From an uncultured Acidobacteriota bacterium (GTDB lineage Bacteria; Acidobacteriota; Thermoanaerobaculia; UBA5066), in assembly GCA_963779415.1 (NCBI GenBank), contig CAVZYA010000002.1, forward strand, positions 864,001 through 928,000: 64,000 nucleotides of DNA, given 5' to 3'. The notes beneath the pieces are model-generated. The model was not told the origin of the DNA, did no database searches, and worked only from the letters and a program-made list of their open reading frames with translations. This document shows positions 41,458 to 51,712 of the stretch, one piece after another. The translations under genes were made by a program, and so were the position numbers. Position 1 is the first letter of the stretch. Each line of letters begins with the position of its first letter.

Positions 41458-42546
41458 TCAGCGGAAGAGCTTCCGGCGGTTCCGGATGTAGTCGCGGAAG
41501 ATGAAGGTGCCGAGGTCGGTGGGGGAGGCGTAGTAGGCGCGGCCCCGGGCCACCTTCGTCAGCGTATCGACGAAGTCGACGAGCGCCGGGTCGGTCGCGA
41601 TCATGAAGGTCGTCAGCTGGATGCCGTCGCGCCGGCAGCGCTCGGCTTCCTCGAGCGTCCGGTTCACGATCTTGAGGTCCAGCCCGAAAGGATTCTTGTA
41701 GAGGCGCCCCCCTTCGGCGATGCACGAGGGCTTCCCGTCCGTGATCAGGAAGATCTGGCGGTTTCGGGACTTCCGCCGGGAGAGGATCTGCCGCGAGAGC
41801 GCGAGCCCGGCCTTCGTGTTCGTGTGGTACGGCCCGACCTGTGCGCGCGAGAGGTGCTCGATCGGAACCGGCCGCGCCTCGTCGCCGAAGAGGACGACGT
41901 CGATCGTGTCCTTCGGGTACTTCCGGAGGATCAGCTCGGTCAGGGCGAGGGCGACCTTCTTCGCGGGGGTGAAGCGGTCCTCGCCGTAGAGGATCATCGA
42001 GTGGGAGATGTCGATCGCGATCGCGGTCGCGCAGGCCGACTGGTGCTCGACCTCCCAGACCTCGAGGTCGTCGGCCGTCAGGGCCAGCTCCTCGGGATCG
42101 CGGCGCGCGGCGTTCGCGACGGAGCGGAGCCCGTCGAGGCGCGACAGCTCGTCTCCGAACTCCCACGGGCGCGTCTCGGGGAGCGTTTCCGTTCCGGTAC
42201 CGGCCCGCGGGACGGAGTGGAGCCCCGGCCCCGATTTGCCGAGAGACGAGAAGATCTCCTCCAGCGCCGAACGCCGGATCCGGCGCTCCCCGGGGCCGGT
42301 GAGGACGAGGTTCCCCGTGCCGTCCTTCCCGACGAGTCCCTGCTTCTCCAGCTCCTCCCGAAAGGCGTCGAGATCGATCGACGCATCGATGAAACCGCGT
42401 TTCTGAAGCTCCTTCAGCCAGGCGAGCGCCTCTTCGACGTCCCCGCCCGAGCGCGTGACGAGGTCGAGAAAGAGCCGGAGCAGCTCCTCGTACGTCAGGA
42501 GCGCCTGCAGGAGTTCGAGCGGCAGCTCGCCGTAACGGTAGTCCAT
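41458..42546 (-). CDS. vWA domain protein
   Basis: MIDAS DISHSM, HTNT and LITDGKP motifs. Confidence 0.88.
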   Translation of the reverse strand: MDYRYGELPLELLQALLTYEELLRLFLDLVTRSGGDVEEALAWLKELQKRGFIDASIDLDAFREELEKQGLVGKDGTGNLVLTGPGERRIRRSALEEIFSSLGKSGPGLHSVPRAGTGTETLPETRPWEFGDELSRLDGLRSVANAARRDPEELALTADDLEVWEVEHQSACATAIAIDISHSMILYGEDRFTPAKKVALALTELILRKYPKDTIDVVLFGDEARPVPIEHLSRAQVGPYHTNTKAGLALSRQILSRRKSRNRQIFLITDGKPSCIAEGGRLYKNPFGLDLKIVNRTLEEAERCRRDGIQLTTFMIATDPALVDFVDTLTKVARGRAYYASPTDLGTFIFRDYIRNRRKLFR

Positions 42547-42599
42547 TCCTCACGGATGTTACGTTCGGGCCGGGAACCCGGACGGGTGGTATTCCGAAC

Positions 42600-44417
42600 T
42601 CAACCTCGAGACGCGGCGTCCCCGAAAGCCGGCGTTCCGGAAGCCTCCGGGGCGGTGACGACGATCGCGACGAGAGGAATGCGCGTCCATTCGCCCCAGA
42701 GCGACAGCTCGAAGGGAAGCTCGCGCTGAATCGTGAACCCCCGGCGGACGAGTTCCTTTCGCGCGGCCCCGGTGTCCTCTGCCCAGACGAGAGTCGCGAG
42801 GGGACGTTTTCCGAACAGGCGCATGGCGGCGTCCCAGCGGGCCTTGTTCGCCGGAGCGTCGAAGATCGACTCCAGGCGCAGCCCGACCTGGGGAAGCCGC
42901 GGGTCGAGGAGTGCCATGATGCCGTTCGACTTGTAGATCACGTCTACCCATCCCGCGAGCGTGGGGAGGAGGTCCCGGATCTCCGGCGGAAGCTGGCGCA
43001 CGAGGTCCCGGTCGCCTCCGGCGTGCCGGATCTCCTCCCAGGCGTATTTCGGCTCGTGGAGAGCGGTCGGACGGCCCGACCAGTCGCCGATCTTCAGGCA
43101 CTTGAGGACGAGGAGCGACTGGGCGCCGTAGAGGACGAGCGGAACGGCGACGGCCGCGAGGCAGAGAGCGCTCCCCTTGCGCGAGGCGGCCTCGACGCCG
43201 TGCGCGGCGAGGAGGACCAGAACGAGCCCGCCGAGGAGCTCCCCGAAAAGACCGTAGCGGGAAATTCCCGTCCCGAAGCCCCAGAGGATCGACCCCGCGA
43301 GCAGGATGATGGCGAAGCTCTTGAGGCGCCGGTTCCTCAAGGGCGTGAATAGGATCAGGAGTGCCCCGAGAGAGGCCAGGGCGAGCCGTCCCGACGTCTG
43401 CTCCAGCTCGCTCAGTCGCTCGGGATGGAGGGCCGACACGACCGGCCACGCGATGGCCTCCAGGGTAGACCGGGGGCCGAAGCGGCCGTCCCGGATGTTT
43501 ATCGCGGGGAAATAGGGCGAACGGAAGATCGCGTTGTAGTGCGGAAAGAGGGGGCTCCCCGTCGTCCAGAGGAGGTAGAGCATGTGGGGGGCGGCGGGAA
43601 GCAGGAAGGCGAGGGCGCCGAGCGCGAAGGGGACCGCGAGCTTCCTCGGGGCGTGACGGCGCGACTTCAGGAAGAGATTGGCGAGGAAGACGGCGCCGAT
43701 TGCGAAGGCAAAGACGAGGTTCGTCAGCTTCAGGGCGACGGCCACCCCGAGAAGAAGGCCGAAGCGGGGAAGCTCGTCGAGGAGGTTCTTCTCGTTCTCT
43801 TCGTCCGGGATGGCGAGGACGGCGGCCTCCAGGAGAAGCGGCAGGCCGTAGAGGTCGACCATGTAGTTGCCGACCTCCCAGAGGATCCCTTCCGTCCCGA
43901 CGATCCAGAGGGTCGCCGCGGCACGGACTCCCGGCGAGGGGATGACTCGCTCGAGAATCCGGTAGAGGACGGCGCCCGTCCAGAGCATGACGAGCAGGCT
44001 GCCGATCGTCCCGAGCCGGTATCCAAGGGCCAGCCTCAAGATCGCCGAGAGGACGTCGGGGGCCGGATTCAGGAACGGATAGTAGTAGGGGTAGAAGTCG
44101 CCGGGAACGTGGAGAAGGCCGCGGAGGGCACGTTCTCCGTGGAGGATGTGGTAGCTGAGATTGTCGAAGCCGACATCGATGTACGGGACGTGAAGGGCCC
44201 AGAAGACCGCCATGGGGACGCCGAAACCGAGCCAGAAAAGGCGTGGAAGCGGCGGGCTCGGCGTCCGCGTCCGGAGGCGGAGATACGCCAGAAGAGCCGC
44301 CACGGCGAACGACGCCGCCCAGGCGAGTGTCTCCGGCAGAACCCAGAATCCCTCTCGCAGAAGGACGAGGGCGTAAAGGAAGGCGAGGAGGTCGCCGATT
44401 TCGAATCGGATCTTCAT
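42600..44417 (-). CDS. Polytopic membrane protein, possible GT-C glycosyltransferase
   Basis: Many TM helices; DNLSYH, ALKLTN and TGSPLFPHYNAIF. Confidence 0.6.
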   Translation of the reverse strand: MKIRFEIGDLLAFLYALVLLREGFWVLPETLAWAASFAVAALLAYLRLRTRTPSPPLPRLFWLGFGVPMAVFWALHVPYIDVGFDNLSYHILHGERALRGLLHVPGDFYPYYYPFLNPAPDVLSAILRLALGYRLGTIGSLLVMLWTGAVLYRILERVIPSPGVRAAATLWIVGTEGILWEVGNYMVDLYGLPLLLEAAVLAIPDEENEKNLLDELPRFGLLLGVAVALKLTNLVFAFAIGAVFLANLFLKSRRHAPRKLAVPFALGALAFLLPAAPHMLYLLWTTGSPLFPHYNAIFRSPYFPAINIRDGRFGPRSTLEAIAWPVVSALHPERLSELEQTSGRLALASLGALLILFTPLRNRRLKSFAIILLAGSILWGFGTGISRYGLFGELLGGLVLVLLAAHGVEAASRKGSALCLAAVAVPLVLYGAQSLLVLKCLKIGDWSGRPTALHEPKYAWEEIRHAGGDRDLVRQLPPEIRDLLPTLAGWVDVIYKSNGIMALLDPRLPQVGLRLESIFDAPANKARWDAAMRLFGKRPLATLVWAEDTGAARKELVRRGFTIQRELPFELSLWGEWTRIPLVAIVVTAPEASGTPAFGDAASRG

Positions 44418-44523
44418 CGGGCCCCCGGAGACGCCCGCTCAACGACCGGCGGCGCATCGGCGGGTATCGACAGTACGAGGGAACCCATAGAGCGCGCGGA
44501 GTATAGGCCGGAACCCAGGGGCG

Positions 44524-46026
44524 TCAGACGACGACGGCCATCTCGAAGAGGTAGTCGACGAACGAGCGAACGGCGCCGTCGTAGCCCGCCATCTTCGGGC
44601 TCGACGACTCGACGATGTAGTACTCGTCCGGCGCGTGTGCCCCGCTCCCGTGCCCGAGGCCGAAGTGTCCCGACGGAAGGGCGAGAGGCAGGGAGGTGAA
44701 GACCCACCCCGGGTACGAGCCGGCGATCCGGGGCGAAAGAAAGGGGTCGAGCCCGGCGCGCCGGTAGACGGTCATCTCGGCGCGGATCAGGGGCGCGTCG
44801 GCCGAGGTCTGCGTCGGGTCGTAGCCCCCGGTCGCGTGAACCTCGATGTCGCCGAAGCCGTGCTTCTGAAGATGCGCCTTCAGCGCCGTAAGCGCCCCTT
44901 CGTAGGTCATGTCGGGGACGAGGCGGAGGTCGAGCTTCGCGACGGCGCGGTGGGGAAGGACGGTCTTTCCCCCCGGCCCGGTGTACCCGGCCACCAGCCC
45001 CTCGATGTTGACCGTGGGGCTGAAGGTGAGCCGCTCGAGCGCCGCCCGCCACGAATCGTCGTGCGCCCACTTCGTGACGCCGGTGAGGCGCTTGACGGTC
45101 GCCTCGGAGAGCCGCGACGCCGCGGCGTCGAGGATCGCCTTGTCCGCCGCCGACGGGGGCTTCGCGGCCGCGGCGAAGCCCTCGATGGCCGGATCTCCGT
45201 CGGGGGTGACGAGCGTCGCGAGCGCCTGGACGAGATGGAAGGCCGGGCTCTCCAGCCAGGCACGGTTCGCGCTGTGGACGTCCTTCGACGGGCCACGCCC
45301 CCACTTCTCGCCGCTCGCCACCAGCTCGAGCTCGACGATCCCCTTCGCGCCGAGGTAGACGACGACCGAACCGTCCGGGTCCTGCGAGGCGGAGGGCATG
45401 AAGACGCCCCGGGTCCCCTTCAAGGCGGCCGCGACGTCCGGCCGGCGGACGACCTCGGCGAAATGGGGCGAGCCGATCTCCTCTTCTCCCTCCGCGACGA
45501 GAACGAGGTTCACGGGGAGCTTCCTGCCGGCCCCGCGGATCGCGTGGAGCGCCGCGAGGAGGGCGGACTCGGGTCCCTTCTGGTTGACCGCGCCGCGCCC
45601 GACGACGACCTTTCCGAAGCCCGGCTTCTCGACGATCCGCGCCTCGAACGGCGGCGAGGACCACTCGGCCGGGTCCGCCTGCTTCACGTCGTACATGAAG
45701 TAGAGGCCGACGGTCCGAGGCGCGCCGGCGTCGAGCGTCGCGAAAACGCCCGGCTGGCCGGAGGTCGCCACGCGCTCCACCTTCTGGAAGCCGGCGTCGC
45801 GCGCGAGGCGCATCATCAGGTCACAACCTTCCGTCATGCCGCGGTTCTCGGCGGCGATGGAGGGCTGGCGGACCCACTCCTGGAGACGCTGGACGGCCTC
45901 GTCGTGACGCCGCCCGATCTCGGCGTAGATCTTCGAGAGGTCGTCGGCGAAGGCGAAGCGGGGGAGGGCAGCGGCGGCCGCCGAGGCAGCGGCAGCCCCG
46001 AGGACTTCGCGTCTTGTCATCGGCAT
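44524..46026 (-). CDS. M20/M25/M40 family metallo-hydrolase, Tat-exported
   Basis: TRREVLG Tat motif; YDV, GRGAVNQKG, EGEEEIGS and AHAPDEY. Confidence 0.88.
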   Translation of the reverse strand: MPMTRREVLGAAAASAAAAALPRFAFADDLSKIYAEIGRRHDEAVQRLQEWVRQPSIAAENRGMTEGCDLMMRLARDAGFQKVERVATSGQPGVFATLDAGAPRTVGLYFMYDVKQADPAEWSSPPFEARIVEKPGFGKVVVGRGAVNQKGPESALLAALHAIRGAGRKLPVNLVLVAEGEEEIGSPHFAEVVRRPDVAAALKGTRGVFMPSASQDPDGSVVVYLGAKGIVELELVASGEKWGRGPSKDVHSANRAWLESPAFHLVQALATLVTPDGDPAIEGFAAAAKPPSAADKAILDAAASRLSEATVKRLTGVTKWAHDDSWRAALERLTFSPTVNIEGLVAGYTGPGGKTVLPHRAVAKLDLRLVPDMTYEGALTALKAHLQKHGFGDIEVHATGGYDPTQTSADAPLIRAEMTVYRRAGLDPFLSPRIAGSYPGWVFTSLPLALPSGHFGLGHGSGAHAPDEYYIVESSSPKMAGYDGAVRSFVDYLFEMAVVV

Positions 46027-46051
46027 GCGGCGAAGTCTACCGCCCGGACGG

Positions 46052-47620
46052 CTACCCCCGGCTCCGCATCAGGTTGAACTTGGCGAGCTCCGCGTAGGTG
46101 ACGGTCGAGTCGAGGTCCTCGCGGGCGATCCGGAGGCTCTGGACGAGTCCTTCGAGGACCAGCTCCATCAGGAAGGCCCGCTCGAAATGGTCGCGCGGCT
46201 TCGCGTGCCGAAGGACGAGGTCCGAGAGGCCGTCCACCGATTCGAGGGTCTTTAGGTGCTCGGAGAACGGCGTCTCGTCGGAGAGGACGATCTTCGTCTC
46301 CTTCGAGAAATGGCCGACGATCCGGTCGTAAGGCCCCGGTGCCGCCGGCTTCTCGGGGCTCCTCCGCTCGGGGACCTTCTCGAGCGCGACCGGCCCCGCG
46401 TCGTCCTCTTCGAAGTCGTTCCGGCCCCGGCGCGCGCGCTCGGCGCGGCCGCGCGGCCCCTCGACCGGCGGAAACGTCGCCTCGAAGAGCGCCTTCGCCG
46501 CGTCGCCGATCAGCTTCTTCGCGACGATCTCCGCCCCCTGCTGCTCCCCTTCGAAGACCATCTCGACCTTCCCCGTGATCGCGGGGAGCGTCGCGAAGAG
46601 GTCGACGAGGCGCGGGGCGACGACGGTTTCGCCGGTCTTCAGCGCGCGCCGCTCCAGGTTCGAGACGAGAAGCTCGCGGGAGGCGATCGGCATCCGGGCC
46701 GAGACGCCCGAGGACTGATCCACGAGATCGCTCCGGCGCGCGACGAAGGCGATCTCCTCGATGAGGAGCTTCATCGTGTCGCCGAGGAGGACCGTGACGC
46801 CGTCAAGCCCCCGCTCCGTCCACGACTCCTGCTCCGTGATCGCGGCGGCGACGGAGACGGTCGTCGGGTAATGCGTGAGGATCTGCGAGGCGATCCGGTC
46901 TTTCAGCGGCGTGATGATGTTGCCGCGGTTCGTGTAGTCCTCGGGGTTCGCCGAGAAGACCATCAGGAGATCGAGCGGGATCCGGACGGGGAAGCCGCGG
47001 ATCTGGAGGTCGCGCTCCTCGAGGATGTTGAGGAGGCCGACCTGAATGCGCGGCTGCAGGTCGGGCAGCTCGTTGATGGCGAAGATGCCCCGGTTCGTCC
47101 TCGGGATGATCCCGTAGTGGATCACCTCCTCGTCGGCGAACGACTTCTTGAGCGTCGCGGCCTTGACGGGGTCGACGTCGCCGATGAGGTCGGCGATCGT
47201 CACGTCGGGCGTGGCGAGCTTCTCGCGGTACCGCTCGCTGCGGGGAACCCATTCGACCGGGAGGTCGTCGCCGGCCGACGCGGCGATCCGGCGCCCGTAG
47301 GCCGTGAACGGCTCGAAGGGAGACTCGTTGAGGGGCGACCCGGCCACGGAGGGAATTTCGTCGTCGAGAAGGTTCACGAGCGCGCGAAGGATCCGCGTCT
47401 TGGCCTGTCCGCGCAGTCCGAGGAGGATGATGTCGTGCTTCGCGAGCAGGGCGTTGACGAGGGCGGGAATCACCGTCCGGTCGTAGCCGAGGACGCCCGG
47501 AAAGACGTTCTCGCCCGCTTTCAGCGCGGCGATCAGGTTCTCGCGCAGCTCGTCTCGGACGTTTCGCGGCTGGTATCCGGATTTCTTCAACTCGCCGAGG
47601 GTCGTCGGGCGGTCGCTCAT
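46052..47620 (-). CDS. AAA+ ATPase, Mg-chelatase subunit I-like
   Basis: GLRGQAKT Walker A, INELPDL, ANPEDYTNRG and PLKDR. Confidence 0.88.
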   Translation of the reverse strand: MSDRPTTLGELKKSGYQPRNVRDELRENLIAALKAGENVFPGVLGYDRTVIPALVNALLAKHDIILLGLRGQAKTRILRALVNLLDDEIPSVAGSPLNESPFEPFTAYGRRIAASAGDDLPVEWVPRSERYREKLATPDVTIADLIGDVDPVKAATLKKSFADEEVIHYGIIPRTNRGIFAINELPDLQPRIQVGLLNILEERDLQIRGFPVRIPLDLLMVFSANPEDYTNRGNIITPLKDRIASQILTHYPTTVSVAAAITEQESWTERGLDGVTVLLGDTMKLLIEEIAFVARRSDLVDQSSGVSARMPIASRELLVSNLERRALKTGETVVAPRLVDLFATLPAITGKVEMVFEGEQQGAEIVAKKLIGDAAKALFEATFPPVEGPRGRAERARRGRNDFEEDDAGPVALEKVPERRSPEKPAAPGPYDRIVGHFSKETKIVLSDETPFSEHLKTLESVDGLSDLVLRHAKPRDHFERAFLMELVLEGLVQSLRIAREDLDSTVTYAELAKFNLMRSRG

Positions 47621-47654
47621 CGCCTGACTCTACGACGGCGGACGCGCCGGCGGT

Positions 47655-48113
47655 TTACTCGCGCTGCCCGGTTTCTTCCGCCGACGTGTCGGCGGCCGGT
47701 GTCGTCGGCGGAGAAGGAGCCGACCGGGCGACGACGTCCGCCACCCGGAGCGAGGTGGCGACAGGTCCCTGCGGCGTCTCGACGTAACGCGCCACGACGT
47801 AGTCCCGGACCCGAAGCTCCGTCGCGTCGCCCGGCGTCTTGCCCCGGACGAGCTTCGTCGCCGGGGTGAGGATCATCACGACCGTCCGGCGAACCGGCTT
47901 CTGTCCCATTTGGGTTGCCGATGCGACCGATTCACGCACCGCCACGATCCGGAGAGCCGTATCGACGTACGTGACCTCGCCCCCGATCGAATGGGTGGGA
48001 CCGGCCGGTGCCCGCGCGACAAGCGACTCCGGCTGAGCCACTTGGTCGCTCTTCGGCGCGCCGGCGGCAAGGGCGATCGCCGCGATCAGGGCAGGGACGA
48101 AGCGAAGGCTCAC
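47655..48113 (-). CDS. Hypothetical exported protein (OB-fold/DUF5666-like)
   Basis: Signal peptide; GEVTYVD...TKLVRG...LRVRDYVVARY pattern. Confidence 0.55.
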   Translation of the reverse strand: MSLRFVPALIAAIALAAGAPKSDQVAQPESLVARAPAGPTHSIGGEVTYVDTALRIVAVRESVASATQMGQKPVRRTVVMILTPATKLVRGKTPGDATELRVRDYVVARYVETPQGPVATSLRVADVVARSAPSPPTTPAADTSAEETGQRE

Positions 48114-48144
48114 GCTTCTTACGACGCAGGAGACGTGCCGGAGG

Positions 48145-49515
48145 TTACAGGGGCTTCTTGATCCCGAACTTCTCGAGCCGGTACTGGAGCGTCCGGTACG
48201 TCAGGCCGAGGAGTCGCGCGGCCTTCGCGATGACCCATCCCGACTTCTCCATGGCCTGCACGATGAGCTGGCGCTCCAGCTCCTCGATGTCGATTCCGTC
48301 GGAGGGGATCTCGAACCCGTACGGCCGCGCCGAGGGTGCGGTCCGGAGGCGGATCTCGACGGGAAGATCCTCGGGCCCCACGGTCGTTCCTTCGCAAAGG
48401 AGAACGGCCCGCTCGACGACGCTCTCGAGCTGCCTCACGTTTCCCGGCCAGGGCGAATGAACGAGGAGATCGAGCGCCTCGGGCGAGACGCCGGAGACGG
48501 CCGTGCCGTGCGCGCCGTTCGCCTTGTCGAGGAAGCGCTTCACGAGCGCCGGAATGTCCGATCCACGCTCGTGGAGCGGCGGCAGGACGATCGGAATGAC
48601 GTTGAGCCGGTAGAAGAGATCCTCGCGGAACTGCCCGGCCGACATCATCGCCTCGAGTTCGCGATTCGTGGCGGCGACGACGCGGACGTCCACCGGAATC
48701 GTCTCCGTCCCGCCGACCCGCTTGACCTCCTTCTCCTGCAGGCTCCGGAGGATCTTTCCCTGCAGCGGAAGCGAGAGGTCGCCGATCTCGTCGAGGAAGA
48801 GGGTGGAGCCGGAGGCCGCCTCGAAGAGGCCGATCTTCCGGGCGTCGGCGCCGGTGAAGGAGCCCCTCTCGTGCCCGAACAGCTCGCTCTCGAGGAGGTT
48901 CTCGGGGATGGCGGCGCAGTTGATGGCGTGGAACGTCCTCGCAGCGCGCGCGGAGCGCGAGTGAATGGCGCGCGCCACCAGCTCCTTGCCCGTGCCCGAC
49001 TCGCCCCGGATCAGGACGGTGGAGTTCGTCGGGGCGATCTTCTCGACGAGGCGGAAGATCTCGCGCATCGCCGTGCTCTCGCCCACGATCGCCTCGAGGC
49101 CGTCTTCCTTCAGCCGTCGCTCGAGGCGGAGCGCCTTCTCGGCGAGGCGGAAGGCCTCGAGGGCCCGCTCGACACGGAAGAGAAGCTCGTCGGCGACGAC
49201 CGGCTTCGACATGTAGTCGAAGGCACCGAGCTTGTGCGCCTCCCGCGCGCGCTCGACCGAGCCGTGGGCCGTGATGAGGATCACCTTCGGTGGGAGAGGC
49301 CCCTCCTGCAGCGCCCGGACGACGTCGATCCCGGAGAGGCCGGGCATCTTCAGGTCCGTCAGGACGACCTCGGGCCGGGCGTCGGCGGCCTTCGCCAGCG
49401 CCTCGCGCCCGTCTGCGGCGACCGTCACGCGGTACCCCTCGTCCGTCAGGAGGGCATGAAGCGACTCGCGCTGGTGCTTTTCGTCGTCGACGACGAGGAT
49501 GGAGGCGTCGGGCAC
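48145..49515 (-). CDS. Sigma54-dependent response regulator (NtrC family)
   Basis: REC (VVDDE, DLKMPG), [30 protein letters not shown] and Fis HTH. Confidence 0.95.
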   Translation of the reverse strand: MPDASILVVDDEKHQRESLHALLTDEGYRVTVAADGREALAKAADARPEVVLTDLKMPGLSGIDVVRALQEGPLPPKVILITAHGSVERAREAHKLGAFDYMSKPVVADELLFRVERALEAFRLAEKALRLERRLKEDGLEAIVGESTAMREIFRLVEKIAPTNSTVLIRGESGTGKELVARAIHSRSARAARTFHAINCAAIPENLLESELFGHERGSFTGADARKIGLFEAASGSTLFLDEIGDLSLPLQGKILRSLQEKEVKRVGGTETIPVDVRVVAATNRELEAMMSAGQFREDLFYRLNVIPIVLPPLHERGSDIPALVKRFLDKANGAHGTAVSGVSPEALDLLVHSPWPGNVRQLESVVERAVLLCEGTTVGPEDLPVEIRLRTAPSARPYGFEIPSDGIDIEELERQLIVQAMEKSGWVIAKAARLLGLTYRTLQYRLEKFGIKKPL

Positions 49516-49524
49516 GGGCCGATG

Positions 49525-50976
49525 CTAGCGCAGCGACGAGGGGCCCTGAGCCGGGGCCGGCAGGGTGATCGTGAACCGGGCGCCGCTTCCGCCGTCCGTC
49601 CGGGAGCCGGCCTCGACCCGCCCTCCGTGCTCCTCGACGATCCGCTTCACCATGGCGAGGCCGAGGCCCACCCCTCCTTCGCGCCGCGAGAAGTAGGGCT
49701 CGAAGAGGCGAGGGAGATCGGCCGGCGGGAGCCCCGCCCCCGTGTCCTCGACGCTCAGGGCGAGCTCGGGGCCGGCAAGCCCGCTCACGAGAGAGGCCGT
49801 GAGGGTGAGCGTGCCGCCGTTTCGCTCCATCGCCTGGACGGCGTTCTGGAGGAGATTCCAGACCGCCGACTTCAGGAGCGACGCGTCGGCCGGGATCCGC
49901 GGGAGCCCTCCGGCGATCCGGCGCTCCACCGTGACCTTCGCCCGCTCGGCCGTCTCCGCGAGGTCCGCGAGAGTTCCCGTGAGAAGAGCCTCCACGTCGA
50001 CCGGGGCGGGCGTCAGCGTCAGCGGTCGCCCGAACGCGAGGAAGTTGTTGATGAGGGCGGCGAGGCGGTTGATCTCTTCGCGAAGCATCTCGATCCGCTT
50101 CGCGTACTCGCCCGCAGCGCCCTCGTCGGAGGGACGGTGCCGGCGCTTCAGGACGTCGAGGCCGAGCGAGAGGGCGTTGAGCGGGTTCTTGATCTCGTGG
50201 GCGAGGCCCGATGCGAGCTGGCCGATCTCCGCACGCTTCTCGGCGGCGGTGAGGCGGGCTTCCAGGACGTGCCGTTCGCGCAGCCGCTCCGTCATGTGGT
50301 TGAAGGCGTCGGCGAGGCTTCCGATCTCGTCGTCCCGATCCACGGCCACCCGGACGTCGAGGTACCCGTCGGCGACCTCGGCGGCGCCGTCGGCGAGGCG
50401 CTCGATCGGCCGCGTGGCGTTCCGGACGATGACGAGGATAAGGGCGAGTCCCAGCGCGAAGACGCCGAGGAGGGCGAAGAGCCGCCGCCGGAAGTTGTCG
50501 GCCAGCTGGTCCCGGATGTTCTCGAGGTTGTAGTCGATCTTGATCCGCCCGAGGAACCGCCCCTCCACGACGACGGGGATCTCGAGCGTCCGGTTCGTCG
50601 GGCCCTCGCTGACGGAGCCCGAGATCAGGAACGACTTCCCGCTCTTCGCCTTCCTCCTTCCGGACGGCTTCGACGGGAAAGGCTGTCCGAACTCGTCGGT
50701 CACGGTGACGTCGCGGAGCCCCCGCGCCTCGAGCGTTCGCCGGAGGTCGGCGAGGACCTGGTCGTCCTTCCATCCCTTTTCGCCCACCTGCGTCTGGGCG
50801 AGCTCGATCGCCTTGGCGAGCCCCTGGTACGAGGCGTCGGCCTCCTCGAGCGTCTCGTTCCGGGTCCGGAGGTAGAGGAGGGCCTCCGCCGCCGCCGCGA
50901 GGACGAGAATCGCGGCCATCGCGAGGCCGAGCCGGCTGGAGAGTCGGAGGCCGCGGAAGGGCTTCAGCGCGGTCAT
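49525..50976 (-). CDS. HAMP-domain sensor histidine kinase
   Basis: Two TM segments, DEIGSLADAFN HAMP, AHEIKNPL, NAVQA and GVGLGLA. Confidence 0.92.
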   Translation of the reverse strand: MTALKPFRGLRLSSRLGLAMAAILVLAAAAEALLYLRTRNETLEEADASYQGLAKAIELAQTQVGEKGWKDDQVLADLRRTLEARGLRDVTVTDEFGQPFPSKPSGRRKAKSGKSFLISGSVSEGPTNRTLEIPVVVEGRFLGRIKIDYNLENIRDQLADNFRRRLFALLGVFALGLALILVIVRNATRPIERLADGAAEVADGYLDVRVAVDRDDEIGSLADAFNHMTERLRERHVLEARLTAAEKRAEIGQLASGLAHEIKNPLNALSLGLDVLKRRHRPSDEGAAGEYAKRIEMLREEINRLAALINNFLAFGRPLTLTPAPVDVEALLTGTLADLAETAERAKVTVERRIAGGLPRIPADASLLKSAVWNLLQNAVQAMERNGGTLTLTASLVSGLAGPELALSVEDTGAGLPPADLPRLFEPYFSRREGGVGLGLAMVKRIVEEHGGRVEAGSRTDGGSGARFTITLPAPAQGPSSLR

Positions 50977-51653
50977 GGTGCGAGGATCGCCTCTACGGAG
51001 CGTACCGTGAAGAAGAGGCCGAAGAGAACGAGGAGGATCCCGGCAACGGCGGTCGAGTGACGCACCCAGACGGTGCGCGCGGAGACCGAGGAGAGAAGCT
51101 CGATGAGAAGCGCGAACCAGGCGAAGACACCGAGGCCGATGCCGACGGCGAAGACGCCGGCGGGAAGCGGTCGCGGCAGGAGGAGCCGGTGGGAGACGAG
51201 GAAGCTGATCAGGAGGGTCCAGTTGACCACGAGCGTCGGGTTCGCGACTCCCTGAAGGACGCCGGTGAGGAGAGGGAAGCGCAAAACACCGCCGGCGGGC
51301 CGGGGAGTCTCGCCCGCGCCGTCGTTGTTGCCGGCCGCGAGGCGTACCGCCGCCTCCTCCCGCGCGCGGTCCCAGAAGAGAATCTTCAGTCCGTAGACGA
51401 CGAGAAAGAGGGCCAGAAAGCCGCGCACCCAGCGGTTCGAGACGACCGCCTCGATGGCCCATCCGAAGCCGAGGCCGATGACGCCGCAGATGAGCGCGTC
51501 CACGGCGGCCCCGCCGAGGGCGGTACGGAAGGCGTCGCGTCTCCGGTCGTGGAGCGTCTTGCGCAGGATGTTGACGTTCAGCGGTCCCGGCGGGATGGCG
51601 CCGAAGAATCCCGCGAGGAATCCGATCAGGAGGGCGAGCGGGAGGCTCTCCAC
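50973..51653 (-). CDS. LysE/RhtB family transporter
   Basis: AIPPGPLN and ANP motifs; about six TM segments. Confidence 0.82.
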   Translation of the reverse strand: MESLPLALLIGFLAGFFGAIPPGPLNVNILRKTLHDRRRDAFRTALGGAAVDALICGVIGLGFGWAIEAVVSNRWVRGFLALFLVVYGLKILFWDRAREEAAVRLAAGNNDGAGETPRPAGGVLRFPLLTGVLQGVANPTLVVNWTLLISFLVSHRLLLPRPLPAGVFAVGIGLGVFAWFALLIELLSSVSARTVWVRHSTAVAGILLVLFGLFFTVRSVEAILAP

Positions 51654-51712
51654 GGGGCCTCCATCCTCTCATGTCGTTTGCTGCCGCGCCGGGCCCGGCG
51701 TAGAGTGACCGT

